Sequence record: PV037725.1 | DNA length: 64,000 nt | Direction: 5' to 3' (one strand) | Shown: in pieces, positions 54,666 through 64,000 of the stretch | Position numbering within the stretch: position 1 is the stretch's first letter | Layout of the letters: every line of letters starts with the position of its first letter | Position numbers and translations under genes: made by a program | The notes under the pieces: generated by a model | Databases searched by the model: none | Told to the model about the DNA's origin: nothing | What the model saw: the letters and a program-made list of their open reading frames with translations, nothing else

Positions 54666-57467
54666 ATGGCTCAAAGTAAGAAAGTGGATACTTATCCTAA
54701 ACTAGCGGCCCTTCGTTTGGGTCATGCTGCAACTCCGACTAACGCTGTGTTGAACAGCTTACGGAAAGGCATTCATGATGCAACTGGATCGGCATCACAA
54801 CCCAAAGTGGATGTGAACCGCTTTACTATGGATAAGGTGTCCCGTCAGACATCGCAAGATCAGACTGACTCTGATGCAGTTATGCAACTGCTACCAGAAC
54901 TACAGTTGGTTAAAACCGTAACCATTGGTACGACACTCGACCCTAAGTCGATGTCTGAATCTAACCTTACGTTCACTGTTGACCCCACTGTGTTTGACAG
55001 TGAAATTGGCAAGCTATTGCTTGAGCCAATTGAAAACTTCTTTAAGAAAGACTATAAGATTGACGACCGGCTGGACCTCATCCTCACGGACTGTCTATTT
55101 ACTAAAGGTTCATCGGTTCTTTGCGTACTGCCTGAGAATACCCTTGACTCTCTAGTCAACGGTCGGCAAAGAATGTCCATGGAATCTTTCGAGCAGATTC
55201 GTAACCACGTAACTGCCTCGAATAACAAACCATTAGGTTTCCTAGGTTCACCTAAAGCACACAAGGATGGTGTTAAAGTTTCGCTGGAATACCACAACGG
55301 TGTATCGGCTGAAGCGACTGTGAAGGGTTACGCTGAGCATCTGAAGAAAGAGGTTACCTTAGAACACATCACGGTAACTGACAACTTTGATGCACTGAAG
55401 ATTCCGGGTATGTCACAACGTATCCGTGAGATGACGATTGCTGACAAACTCAGGTCTCGTAAGGTCTCGATGGAATCTGAAGTACACCACTTCAAGAACG
55501 CTGAGATCGAGCAGCTTTATCAGGCTACCCACTCTACGTCGGAACAAACTCAGGTGATCAGTTCACCTAAGTACATGTCTCGTCCGTCGGTCGGCCATCC
55601 TCTGATTCTACCACTCCCACCTGAATCGGTTATTCCGGTATTCGTATCAGGTCGACCTTATGAACACATCGGCTACTTTCTGCTGGTAGACCATAACGGT
55701 TATCCAGTATCGAAGGACTCCACCCGTGACTTCTATGGTGAGATGCAATCGGGTTGGAAGTCTGGTACCGGTGGTGGTAGTAACGCTCAAGGCTCAAGTG
55801 AGATTCTTCGTCTGACTCGTGAAGCAATGGGTGACAACGGTAACAAATCTGAATACGAAGTGGATCATATCCAACAGGCATTCAACGCTATTCTGACCAG
55901 TGACCTGAACAACCGTCTCCGTAACGGGATGTACGATCAGGAAATTGAGATTGGTATGGCTCAAGAGATCCAACGGATTATGCTGTACCGTAGCTGGCAG
56001 GCTAAGTCCACCCAGTTGGTATTCGTACCCGTAGAACTCATGACCTACATTGCTTTCGACTTCAACAAGAACGGCATCGGTGAAACACTGATCGCTCGTA
56101 CTAAGATGTTGTCGACAATGCGTACTACCTTGCTGTTCGCTGAAACCATCGGCGGTATGCGTAACGCAATGGGTCGTAAGAAAGTTCGTATCGAGATTGA
56201 CCCGAACGATCCAGATCCAGAACAAACGATCTCTAACATCCAGTCCGTCATTATGGAACAGACACACCGGAGCTTCCCTCTGGCTGCGCCTGACCCTGGA
56301 CAGACTCTTGATGCACTGATGCGTTCTGGTTTTGACTTCGAGATCAATACCAACGACTCTGCTTACGCTTCAACCAAAGTAGAGTTCGACGACTACAACA
56401 CTAGCGTTAACGCTGGTAACCCTGATCTTCAGGATCGCCTGCGGAGATATCACATCAGCTCCTTCGGTATTCCACCTGAGAAGGTTGACCCGATGGCCTC
56501 GCCTGACTTCGCAACATCGATTGTGAACAACGACTTGGTTACAGCTCGTGTAGTTAAAGAACGTCAGAAAGCATTGTGTGAACATCTGTCTAAGTTCATC
56601 CGTGTATTCTGTGTACATAGTTCGATCATTCGTGAACAACTGACTCAGAAGATCAAAGACAACGTATCGATGATCGTTGCCCCAGACCTGAAGAAGTTGA
56701 CCGTAGAAGAACTGATTGATGAATTCATCTTGGCTGTTAGTGTAGGCTTGCCTGCTCCTGATAACACCCAACATGAACGTCAACTGGAAGCATTGGAGAT
56801 CTACGAGCGCCTGCTGGATAAAGCACTTGAGTCTCACATTACTCCAGACATGTTCCCCGATGACCTGACTGAGGTCTCTGGCCTGGCTGATGACATCCTG
56901 TTGAATACCAAAGCACTGTTCATGCGACAGTACATGGCAACCAACAACATCATGCCTGAGCTGAGTATCCTCACTGAGATGGATGGTACCCGACCAGCAT
57001 TCAGCTTGTTGGACTTCATCAATACTCAACGTGCTACCACAGTACAAGCCTTCCTTGAATACGCTGCTGGTAAGCAGAAGTTCAAAGACCGTCTGCATTC
57101 ACTCTACAAAGAAATCATTGAGAAAGTTAATGATGGTGATAGTGGTGGTGGTTTCGGCGGCGATAGTGGAGACGACGGTGGTTTCGGTGGGGATGATCAA
57201 GGCGGCGATGACGGCGGCTTTGGTGATGACTCTGGTGGGTTTGGTGACGATGCCACCGGCGACGGCGGTGATCAACAGCTGGACGAGAGTTCACAGAACG
57301 AATTGGATACTGATTTCGATATGGGTGATGGCGATAATGCCAACGCTGTTGAGAATGACGAAGAAGATTCTGATAACTCCGACATTCAAGATCCAATGGG
57401 TGCAGCGGAAGCTGACGAAGCTGGTGACGAAGAAGAGGAAGAGGAAGACGACCTCACTAAACGTTGA
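54666..57467 (+). CDS. Portal protein (phiKZ gp129-like)
   Basis: 933 aa; MQLLPELQL, PVGHPLILPLPPESVIPV, FGIPPEKVD motifs; acidic Gly/Asp tail; synteny. Confidence 0.8.
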   Translation: MAQSKKVDTYPKLAALRLGHAATPTNAVLNSLRKGIHDATGSASQPKVDVNRFTMDKVSRQTSQDQTDSDAVMQLLPELQLVKTVTIGTTLDPKSMSESNLTFTVDPTVFDSEIGKLLLEPIENFFKKDYKIDDRLDLILTDCLFTKGSSVLCVLPENTLDSLVNGRQRMSMESFEQIRNHVTASNNKPLGFLGSPKAHKDGVKVSLEYHNGVSAEATVKGYAEHLKKEVTLEHITVTDNFDALKIPGMSQRIREMTIADKLRSRKVSMESEVHHFKNAEIEQLYQATHSTSEQTQVISSPKYMSRPSVGHPLILPLPPESVIPVFVSGRPYEHIGYFLLVDHNGYPVSKDSTRDFYGEMQSGWKSGTGGGSNAQGSSEILRLTREAMGDNGNKSEYEVDHIQQAFNAILTSDLNNRLRNGMYDQEIEIGMAQEIQRIMLYRSWQAKSTQLVFVPVELMTYIAFDFNKNGIGETLIARTKMLSTMRTTLLFAETIGGMRNAMGRKKVRIEIDPNDPDPEQTISNIQSVIMEQTHRSFPLAAPDPGQTLDALMRSGFDFEINTNDSAYASTKVEFDDYNTSVNAGNPDLQDRLRRYHISSFGIPPEKVDPMASPDFATSIVNNDLVTARVVKERQKALCEHLSKFIRVFCVHSSIIREQLTQKIKDNVSMIVAPDLKKLTVEELIDEFILAVSVGLPAPDNTQHERQLEALEIYERLLDKALESHITPDMFPDDLTEVSGLADDILLNTKALFMRQYMATNNIMPELSILTEMDGTRPAFSLLDFINTQRATTVQAFLEYAAGKQKFKDRLHSLYKEIIEKVNDGDSGGGFGGDSGDDGGFGGDDQGGDDGGFGDDSGGFGDDATGDGGDQQLDESSQNELDTDFDMGDGDNANAVENDEEDSDNSDIQDPMGAAEADEAGDEEEEEEDDLTKR

Positions 57468-57472
57468 TGCGT

Positions 57473-57506
57473 CATATTGCCCCGACCGAAAGGCCGGGGC
57501 TTTATG
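57473..57506. terminator. Bidirectional CATA-hairpin-TATG element
   Basis: CATA tt GCCCCGACC GAAA GGCCGGGGC tt TATG; core identical to the element at 261. Confidence 0.85.
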
Positions 57507-57509
57507 CCG

Positions 57510-58796
57510 TTAACCTTCTACTCCAAGAATTCTGAAGTAAGCAGTCTCATTCTTAAATGGATGAGCTGGGTAACGTCCACCGTCTACGGCCTTTTGTTGT
57601 AACCAAGGTCGAGTGTGGGCATCGTATTTATTACGTTGGTTCATGGTGGCACAGTAAACGTAGAGTTGTTCAACTACTGGAATGTGTTGACTCTTAGCCA
57701 TACCCGGTTCTTTGATGATGTGGTAATCCAACATCCGACCATAAGCACCGACCATAGGTAACTGATCTTGTTTACCATCAATGAATCGTCCGGGCTCATT
57801 CAGATACTGAACAGGCTCAAACGATTGGAAGAACGACGGTGAGTCTACAATCACAAAGAAACTCTGACTCAGTTTAAGATAAGCCTTGATCACTGAATCG
57901 TCTTTAAGTTGTTGAGCGTTGAATAGAGTCTCGTTCTCTTCAAACTGTTCCAACCCTAGACTGCTTAAGTCCATATCCTGAACCGATTGGATATACCGGT
58001 TAAGGAACATCATTCTACCAAAGCTTAATCGCCATGTACGTTCATTGATACGTTCGTAAACGTCAGACAGTACGTTAAGATAACCGCCTGTTACCAACAA
58101 TACCGTTTTATCTTTGATGTCGACATCGGCAGGTAGTTTGAGATAAGTAGCATCCCAGAGTGGCGTATCAGCATTAGAAGCAATGATCATGTCGTCAGTG
58201 ATGGGCACAAACTTCAACTTACCAATGGTCTCGAACGAATCCAAACCAATCTGGTTGTCATTACACCGCAACACTGTCTTATTACCATCAATGATCCTTA
58301 CACCATCGGCAGTCCAATCAGTTAAGTGGTAATAACCATTAACACGAATTAAGCAGTTATCTCGGATATCCTGAGGCTTAAACTTTGGATGAGTGAGAAT
58401 CAAGTCTTCTTTATAGTGAACGGAAATATCTTGGTCGATGTGACCATTAGCTGCACACGCTTGAATATTGTAGCCACAGTGCCAGGCTTGAGCATACTTA
58501 ACCAGACGAAGTTTCTCATTCGGTAGTTCTGCGTCAAAAGGTAGCGTCTTGTTACCAATAGAGGTAAGCCATTGTTGAACAGTCAGTAATGGATCAACAC
58601 CATTAAGAGTATATTCAACATTGGTCCAATGTAAAGCTTTGGTAACAGGTGTACCAGCACCAGGGTATTCGATGTAGAGGTAGATATCCCCATAGTTTGC
58701 TGAGAGTGTACCGATCGGCGCGTCCGCCAAATCAGCCTCGGTCCAACGACCCGAGCGTCGCTCTCTGCGGTATCTTGCCCGTACTAATACGTACAT
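57510..58796 (-). CDS. Virion structural protein (phiKZ gp130-like)
   Basis: 428 aa; SD GGAGG; between portal and tail-fibre genes. Confidence 0.6.
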   Translation of the reverse strand: MYVLVRARYRRERRSGRWTEADLADAPIGTLSANYGDIYLYIEYPGAGTPVTKALHWTNVEYTLNGVDPLLTVQQWLTSIGNKTLPFDAELPNEKLRLVKYAQAWHCGYNIQACAANGHIDQDISVHYKEDLILTHPKFKPQDIRDNCLIRVNGYYHLTDWTADGVRIIDGNKTVLRCNDNQIGLDSFETIGKLKFVPITDDMIIASNADTPLWDATYLKLPADVDIKDKTVLLVTGGYLNVLSDVYERINERTWRLSFGRMMFLNRYIQSVQDMDLSSLGLEQFEENETLFNAQQLKDDSVIKAYLKLSQSFFVIVDSPSFFQSFEPVQYLNEPGRFIDGKQDQLPMVGAYGRMLDYHIIKEPGMAKSQHIPVVEQLYVYCATMNQRNKYDAHTRPWLQQKAVDGGRYPAHPFKNETAYFRILGVEG

Positions 58797-58888
58797 GTTT
58801 TACCTCCAGGAGTAAGAATGGACAATTCTATGTGAATTTCACATCATTACGCTAACAACAGCGCACTAGTGCTTCCTAGGAGGGCGCG

Positions 58889-61105
58889 ATGGCTTACAGC
58901 ACCACTAATCTGTATCCAGAAGACCTTTACGGGACTAACCCTGCGAACTTGATTACTAACGAACCACAAACGTTACAAGTTCCGGGTCCCGATGATTACT
59001 ATTTTATTATCCCGAAGGCTGCTCCGTTCTTCGTTGATTCCGTAACGGTACTCAACGCTGCAACTATGCAACCTTACGTGGAAGGTGATGACTACCAGCT
59101 AGGTCACCAATTCATTGAAGCTATGGACTCTACTGGTCGACCCATTGCCGGTAGTATTCGTTTCATGCGTCCAACCATTACTGGCCAAGTACTTGTTACT
59201 TACCGTACGTTGGGTGGTCCATGGGGCTTCAGTGATCAGGCGATCATGCGTGAGCTGTCGAATAAACTCGTTAACCCACTCATTCGGAGTTGGGGTGACA
59301 TCGACCCTCTACCATATTCGTTCCCACCATTACCGCATGACCAACGTATTGATACGTTGATTGGTTCCAAGCAGCTCAATGAGACGCTTGAGAACATTGC
59401 GGCAATTCTAGAGGCAACAGCTGAAGGCGCAACTGCTTCTCACTTGGTTGACTTTAATAACCCACACCGGGTTAACAAACAGCAAGTGGGTTTAGGGAAT
59501 GTCCCTAACTTCGCGATGGCTACGGACCAAGAGCACCAAGACGGGACACGTAACGATTTGTTTACGAATCCACGTGGCGTGTTGTTGATGATTCAAAAGT
59601 TTGCATTGGTGCCATTAGATGCACACATTGCTGACTTCAACAACCCACATCGGACTAACAAGCAACAAGTCGGTCTGGGTAACGTACCTAACTTTGCTAA
59701 GGCTACCGCTGCTCAAGCAATTGATCCAACCAACGACTCGGCATTCATGACCCCGTACACAGCTTCCCTGCTGGTACAGAGCATGACCAACGATCCACGG
59801 TTAGACCAACTGATCCTTGCCTTCAACGATCACATCACAGCGAACAACCCTCACCACATCACACCTGATCTGATTGGTACTTATACCTCTCAGCAAATCG
59901 ATGAGATGATTGCGGACATCCAACAGGGTGGTAATGCTACGACCTTTGATGGTCAGGATTCTGGGCAGTGGGAAGCTAAGTTCCCGTCGAACGATGACAT
60001 GAATACAATCCTGTCAGAACTGTTCGATACGTTTGTAGCCGCCAGTACGGCCTGGGCACAATTGGACGTAACTGATCCTGTTACTCCATCGGATAAGGAT
60101 ACTATCGCTGCACAGCGCTTGAGCTGGACCTTTGGCGATTACGAGGCTTACGCGGTATATAACTCGTTGTCGGCTGGCGTTATTCAACCATCCAGTAGTA
60201 TTGGTAATGGTTACCCAACCGGGGCAACAGCAGGGTTAGTAAGTCGTTGGGGTACTACCCAAAACGGTGCATACTACGTAAACGACGATGGTAGTGTTAA
60301 GTCTTGGGGTACTAACCCAATTACATTGCCGACTAAGTATACCAACCCTAGTGCAGCTGGCTTCGATCCGATTGCTACGATTTACCCATCGAGTGATTGG
60401 GTTATCCTACACTCTAAAGCTGGGGAAATCTTACGTGTAAGTCGTGGTACCGCAGCTAATGGTACTGGTGTCGTATTGAAAACCGGCGTAGCTACTGTAT
60501 GGAGTCTTTACGTTAACAATGGCATGGCCGACAATCGTGTTTGCTTAGTCTATGAAGACGATGATTCTAAATGGTACGCCTTAGGTGATCCAAGCTGGGT
60601 CAGTGCTGTGAACGCATTACTGGCTACTGCGACTACCGCAGGTGCGATTGTAATCGATGCTCGACTCGGGACAAACAACCTGGTTGTTATCAATGAGGTG
60701 GGTCCAGACAATGCACGAGTGCAACGCCTGTTTGTATATGACATCAACTGGGGTAGTACTGTAACATTAACCGATGTCAGTGCGACCACGGCTGTACGTA
60801 ACCATACCACCGGTGAAATCAAAATGGCCAACACCGTAACGGGTGTGACACAGGTAGCGGGTTCTTTCACGCATACCGTGTTGACCAAACCCATTGCACC
60901 GGGTAGCGAGCTGTGTGATCTGTTGTCCTTCGGCGATGACTCGAATGGTCAATTAGAAATCCCATCTACCTCGGCACCTTTCCTTAGTATCGGCGCAGGT
61001 TATGGCTATACTGTAACCATCAACCAATTCCACTTTCCAGAGTTCTGGGGCGATTCTCCGGATAACTCCCTACTGTATCGTGGACCTTCGCGAATCGTAC
61101 CTTAA
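58889..61105 (+). CDS. Tail fibre/baseplate protein (phiKZ gp131-135 family)
   Basis: N-terminal YPEDLYGTNPANLI; repeated H.xDFNNPH...VGLGNVPNF; beta-rich C-terminus. Confidence 0.75.
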   Translation: MAYSTTNLYPEDLYGTNPANLITNEPQTLQVPGPDDYYFIIPKAAPFFVDSVTVLNAATMQPYVEGDDYQLGHQFIEAMDSTGRPIAGSIRFMRPTITGQVLVTYRTLGGPWGFSDQAIMRELSNKLVNPLIRSWGDIDPLPYSFPPLPHDQRIDTLIGSKQLNETLENIAAILEATAEGATASHLVDFNNPHRVNKQQVGLGNVPNFAMATDQEHQDGTRNDLFTNPRGVLLMIQKFALVPLDAHIADFNNPHRTNKQQVGLGNVPNFAKATAAQAIDPTNDSAFMTPYTASLLVQSMTNDPRLDQLILAFNDHITANNPHHITPDLIGTYTSQQIDEMIADIQQGGNATTFDGQDSGQWEAKFPSNDDMNTILSELFDTFVAASTAWAQLDVTDPVTPSDKDTIAAQRLSWTFGDYEAYAVYNSLSAGVIQPSSSIGNGYPTGATAGLVSRWGTTQNGAYYVNDDGSVKSWGTNPITLPTKYTNPSAAGFDPIATIYPSSDWVILHSKAGEILRVSRGTAANGTGVVLKTGVATVWSLYVNNGMADNRVCLVYEDDDSKWYALGDPSWVSAVNALLATATTAGAIVIDARLGTNNLVVINEVGPDNARVQRLFVYDINWGSTVTLTDVSATTAVRNHTTGEIKMANTVTGVTQVAGSFTHTVLTKPIAPGSELCDLLSFGDDSNGQLEIPSTSAPFLSIGAGYGYTVTINQFHFPEFWGDSPDNSLLYRGPSRIVP

Positions 61106-61116
61106 GGAGGTGACCT

Positions 61117-61440
61117 ATGGCTATCGCTACATTTCGGGTTAACCTTGATAAACTGAAGACAGCAATCAGTCAGTTATTCAATGGACAACTACAAAAAGTA
61201 TCAGTCCTTAAAGATCGCCTGAACGAACATACCGCTGCAACAGGTAACGTACACGATCTTGAACCACGCGACATCGGTTTAGGCAATGTTCCCGACTGGA
61301 CACCTGCCACTAAATCGCAGGCTCAGAAAGGACTAAGTAACAACGCCTTCATGACCCCTCGCCGGGTGGATGATTATACAGACGCTAATGTCTTCACCGT
61401 TATCGGTGACGCATTTAAAGACGCGGCTGATGATCTTTAA
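61117..61440 (+). CDS. Short tail-fibre-family protein
   Basis: HTAATGNVHDLEPRDIGLGNVPDW...FMTPRR single repeat. Confidence 0.7.
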   Translation: MAIATFRVNLDKLKTAISQLFNGQLQKVSVLKDRLNEHTAATGNVHDLEPRDIGLGNVPDWTPATKSQAQKGLSNNAFMTPRRVDDYTDANVFTVIGDAFKDAADDL

Positions 61441-61451
61441 ACACAACTAAT

Positions 61452-61500
61452 CGGCAGAGGGAGCGCTGGCTAAACCCAGTGCTCTCCCTGTCGTTATTTT
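61452..61500 (+). terminator. Long 18-bp hairpin with U-tract
   Basis: CGGCAGAGGGAGCGCTGG/CCAGTGCTCTCCCTGTCG (17 of 18 pairs incl. G-U) followed by TTATTTT. Confidence 0.6.
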
Positions 61501-61514
61501 CCCTTGGAGCTGAC

Positions 61515-62894
61515 ATGGCTGACATCTATGTAAAGTATCCGTACGATCCCACCGGGAAAAATGCGGATAACCTCGTGTCTGGTGAGTTACACACACTAGC
61601 GCCAGTGAGTGGATTCCCTTACAAAATTATTACCATGAACAATGGTGGCTTCTTTGCTCGGACATGCCGAGTATACGATGCCGATTACAACCGTCTAACC
61701 GAGAGTGTCGATTACATCCTCACTTATCGTTACGCTCACCTTTCCCAGATGCTTGGTCTTGAGGTAGTGAATGACATCGTCTTCTTAGATAAGTCCCGTG
61801 TCGGCTCCGTATATGTATCAGCGCAAATGGTCGGTGGCGATGTTGCCTTCAGTCTTACCGGTATTCCTGACTACGTTGCATGGTATAATACCCAGGAAGC
61901 TGGATATCTTCCACGTATGTTCGACTACAACGGTAATGAGCCTGTCTGGGGTCCCGGAGAACTCGACCAGGAGCGTTGGCGCTTAGATACGTACCAACCC
62001 TTCAACAATGAGATTTATGAGCTTAGCCGAGCTGTTGAGGGTGGACGTGGTGTTGGTGAAGACAAGTTCCGTAAAGACGTAAAGGATAAGTATCTTGCTT
62101 TCCTTGATATGTTTACCGATCGTCTGCAAAGACACATCGATGACAAACAGAACCCACACGTAACTACAAAAGCACATATCAAATTGGGTCTTGTACAGAA
62201 CTATCGTTTAGCCTCGGTACAGGAATCACGTCAAGGTACGTCTAACGTGCTTTACCAGACACCCGAACTGAGTTGGCAGACCCTTGATAACCTTGCGTTA
62301 CAACCATTGAATCTGCACGTCACTAACTACAGCAACCCACACCAGACAACTCCTGAGAAAATTGATTCGCCGCGCAAACCCGTGGTTGAGGATACAATCA
62401 ACAGCAAGTACCTAGATTCGGAAACTGTAGCTAACGCCAACACTTTCATGAATGGTAATACATCGTATACGTATTCTGAGTACTACAATTACGTCAGGTC
62501 TAATCTTGAGGCACTTAACTTTGCATCTGGTTCCACTAACGCAGCATATGGATACCTTAGCCCATATCGCATGGGTCGTGGCATTCCGAATGTAAACGCG
62601 GTACTCCGGTCAGGTCCTAATCCAACGTGGCAGTCTATTGACTCGTTGATCATTGAAGCTCAACCCAAAGTTTCGTCTGGTCTGTTACACCTATCTTTCC
62701 CAGGGGCAAGTCCAACAAGTGCCTTCAACCAGGCTATTGTCCATCCGTGGGCATACACGGCTTCAGTAGGTTCGATTATTTGCTATCGGATATATGAGCA
62801 GTACGTATGGGGTGCCGGTAACGGTACGTATACTTCTGGACACAATGTTTTGTACATTGCTTATAAGTCAGCCAACGGTTGGGTTCAAGTGTGA
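61515..62894 (+). CDS. Tail fibre/baseplate protein (gp131-135 family)
   Basis: ATG 61515 after SD GGAG; YPYDPTGKNADNLV; NPH repeats. Confidence 0.75.
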   Translation: MADIYVKYPYDPTGKNADNLVSGELHTLAPVSGFPYKIITMNNGGFFARTCRVYDADYNRLTESVDYILTYRYAHLSQMLGLEVVNDIVFLDKSRVGSVYVSAQMVGGDVAFSLTGIPDYVAWYNTQEAGYLPRMFDYNGNEPVWGPGELDQERWRLDTYQPFNNEIYELSRAVEGGRGVGEDKFRKDVKDKYLAFLDMFTDRLQRHIDDKQNPHVTTKAHIKLGLVQNYRLASVQESRQGTSNVLYQTPELSWQTLDNLALQPLNLHVTNYSNPHQTTPEKIDSPRKPVVEDTINSKYLDSETVANANTFMNGNTSYTYSEYYNYVRSNLEALNFASGSTNAAYGYLSPYRMGRGIPNVNAVLRSGPNPTWQSIDSLIIEAQPKVSSGLLHLSFPGASPTSAFNQAIVHPWAYTASVGSIICYRIYEQYVWGAGNGTYTSGHNVLYIAYKSANGWVQV

Positions 62895-62903
62895 GGTAAT
62901 AAA

Positions 62904-64000
62904 ATGATTCCAGTATTACAACCACTACCAATCGACTGGAGTGGTAAGTCGCAACACAACCGGACTAAGGGTGAGATTCATAACCTGTCGACTCAGTCCG
63001 GTATGCCATACCGCATCATCGTAATGGAACGTGGTTATTTCTATACTGACGATCTATTCATGATTGACTCTCGCGGTTATAAGTTACAGACCACCGACTA
63101 TCAGTGCATTGCACCTAGTCGAGATCTGTTTAATGAAGTCAAGAAGACGGCGTGCGCGGTTATCCTGATTACGAATCCAGACGTAGGTAATATCGTTCGA
63201 GTGGATGCGCAGATGGTGGGCGGACAATACTGCTCGCTGAATCCAGCGATCTTAGAGACGGCTATTAACGTTACCATGGCAGCCAACCGTAAAGTCTATT
63301 GGAAGGATCTGACGGATAAGCCTGATGCTTATCGACCAAATGGTCACTTACATGCACTGTGGGATCTTTTTGGGTTCACTGAGCAAACAGGGATCATTAA
63401 ACGAATGACTACGGCAATGGATAAAACTGTTGCTAAAGAATTCGTTGGGTTATTCGATGAGTTCATGATTAAGTGGACTCCTATCGATAACGGGATGCAA
63501 GACATTGAGAACCGGTTGACCACCCACATCAATGACACTGAGAACCCACACCAAGTCGACAAGATTCAGGCTGGCCTTAGTAATGTCTCCAATGGACCTG
63601 TGGCAACTCAGGCTGATGCGCAGTTCAGTAGTGATACCAATCGGACGTCATATACAACACCGTTACGGACTAAACAATCGATTGATGCGAACTTCACCCC
63701 AAGGTTGACTGAGCACATTAATGATCTGAATAACCCGCACGCAGATACCGCAGCTAAACTTGGCACCCTGACAAATCTTGAATTCCGATTACTAGCCAAC
63801 CAGTATTACAATCGTGGTGACACTACCGCTCAAACAAATCGTATTGCCGGTAGGACATTCTCGGAGTATACCAACTATATTCGAACGGGTATTAACGTTG
63901 CTGAGATCACCACTGGCATCTTACCTCAGACTAACTATGTTCAGGTACCTCGCGATGTAGATTACATTCTACAACCTTCGGCTTCGGGTTATCTTGAGTG
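62904..64000 (+). CDS. Tail fibre/baseplate protein, runs off the right edge (partial)
   Basis: SD GAGGT, ATG 62904: MIPVLQPLPIDWSGKSQHNR...; HINDTENPH and HINDLNNPH repeats; absent from the track. Confidence 0.75.
   Translation, partial: MIPVLQPLPIDWSGKSQHNRTKGEIHNLSTQSGMPYRIIVMERGYFYTDDLFMIDSRGYKLQTTDYQCIAPSRDLFNEVKKTACAVILITNPDVGNIVRVDAQMVGGQYCSLNPAILETAINVTMAANRKVYWKDLTDKPDAYRPNGHLHALWDLFGFTEQTGIIKRMTTAMDKTVAKEFVGLFDEFMIKWTPIDNGMQDIENRLTTHINDTENPHQVDKIQAGLSNVSNGPVATQADAQFSSDTNRTSYTTPLRTKQSIDANFTPRLTEHINDLNNPHADTAAKLGTLTNLEFRLLANQYYNRGDTTAQTNRIAGRTFSEYTNYIRTGINVAEITTGILPQTNYVQVPRDVDYILQPSASGYLE

Noticed and set aside
261-57506. CRISPR or REP/transposon interpretation of the repeated hairpins
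   Set aside because: Copies are isolated at gene ends, not regularly spaced, and have no spacers, cas genes, transposase or target duplications.
58889-64000. NPH/GLGNV repeats as a diversity-generating or novel repeat system
   Set aside because: These are the known repeat units of the phiKZ gp131-135 fibre family; there is no template/variable repeat pair with adenine-specific differences and no reverse transcriptase in the window.

Overview
This 64-kb window is part of the genome of a phiKZ-like (Chimalliviridae, nucleus-forming) jumbo myophage, most likely infecting Pseudomonas. The family call rests on recalled homology and gene order, not on a database search. The conserved late blocks are: baseplate-like genes and an inner-head protein paralog array (0.3-23 kb); DnaB-like helicase, major capsid protein and a non-virion RNA polymerase beta-like subunit (38-48.6 kb); and baseplate, portal and tail-fibre-like genes (51-64 kb). 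Two early or accessory islands (23.4-33.7 kb and 48.6-51.1 kb) carry TATATTAC early promoters and small ORFs. These include a DarG-like macrodomain, a minimal nucleotidyltransferase, a bL12-CTD-like protein, a GNAT, a lipoprotein and many small membrane-anchored proteins. The three strongest non-standard observations are: (1) an in-frame 28-codon RxxEDG-repeat extension behind the UGA stop of the major capsid gene, with a hairpin 7 nt after the stop and the terminator displaced beyond the second stop (candidate programmed read-through); (2) a pseudoknot or two-state hairpin just upstream of the giant acidic inner-head gene; (3) a dispersed family of CATA-NN-GC stem-tetraloop-NN-TATG elements at gene ends, mostly lacking a U-tract. 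No tRNA, rRNA, CRISPR array, intein or intron was recognised.
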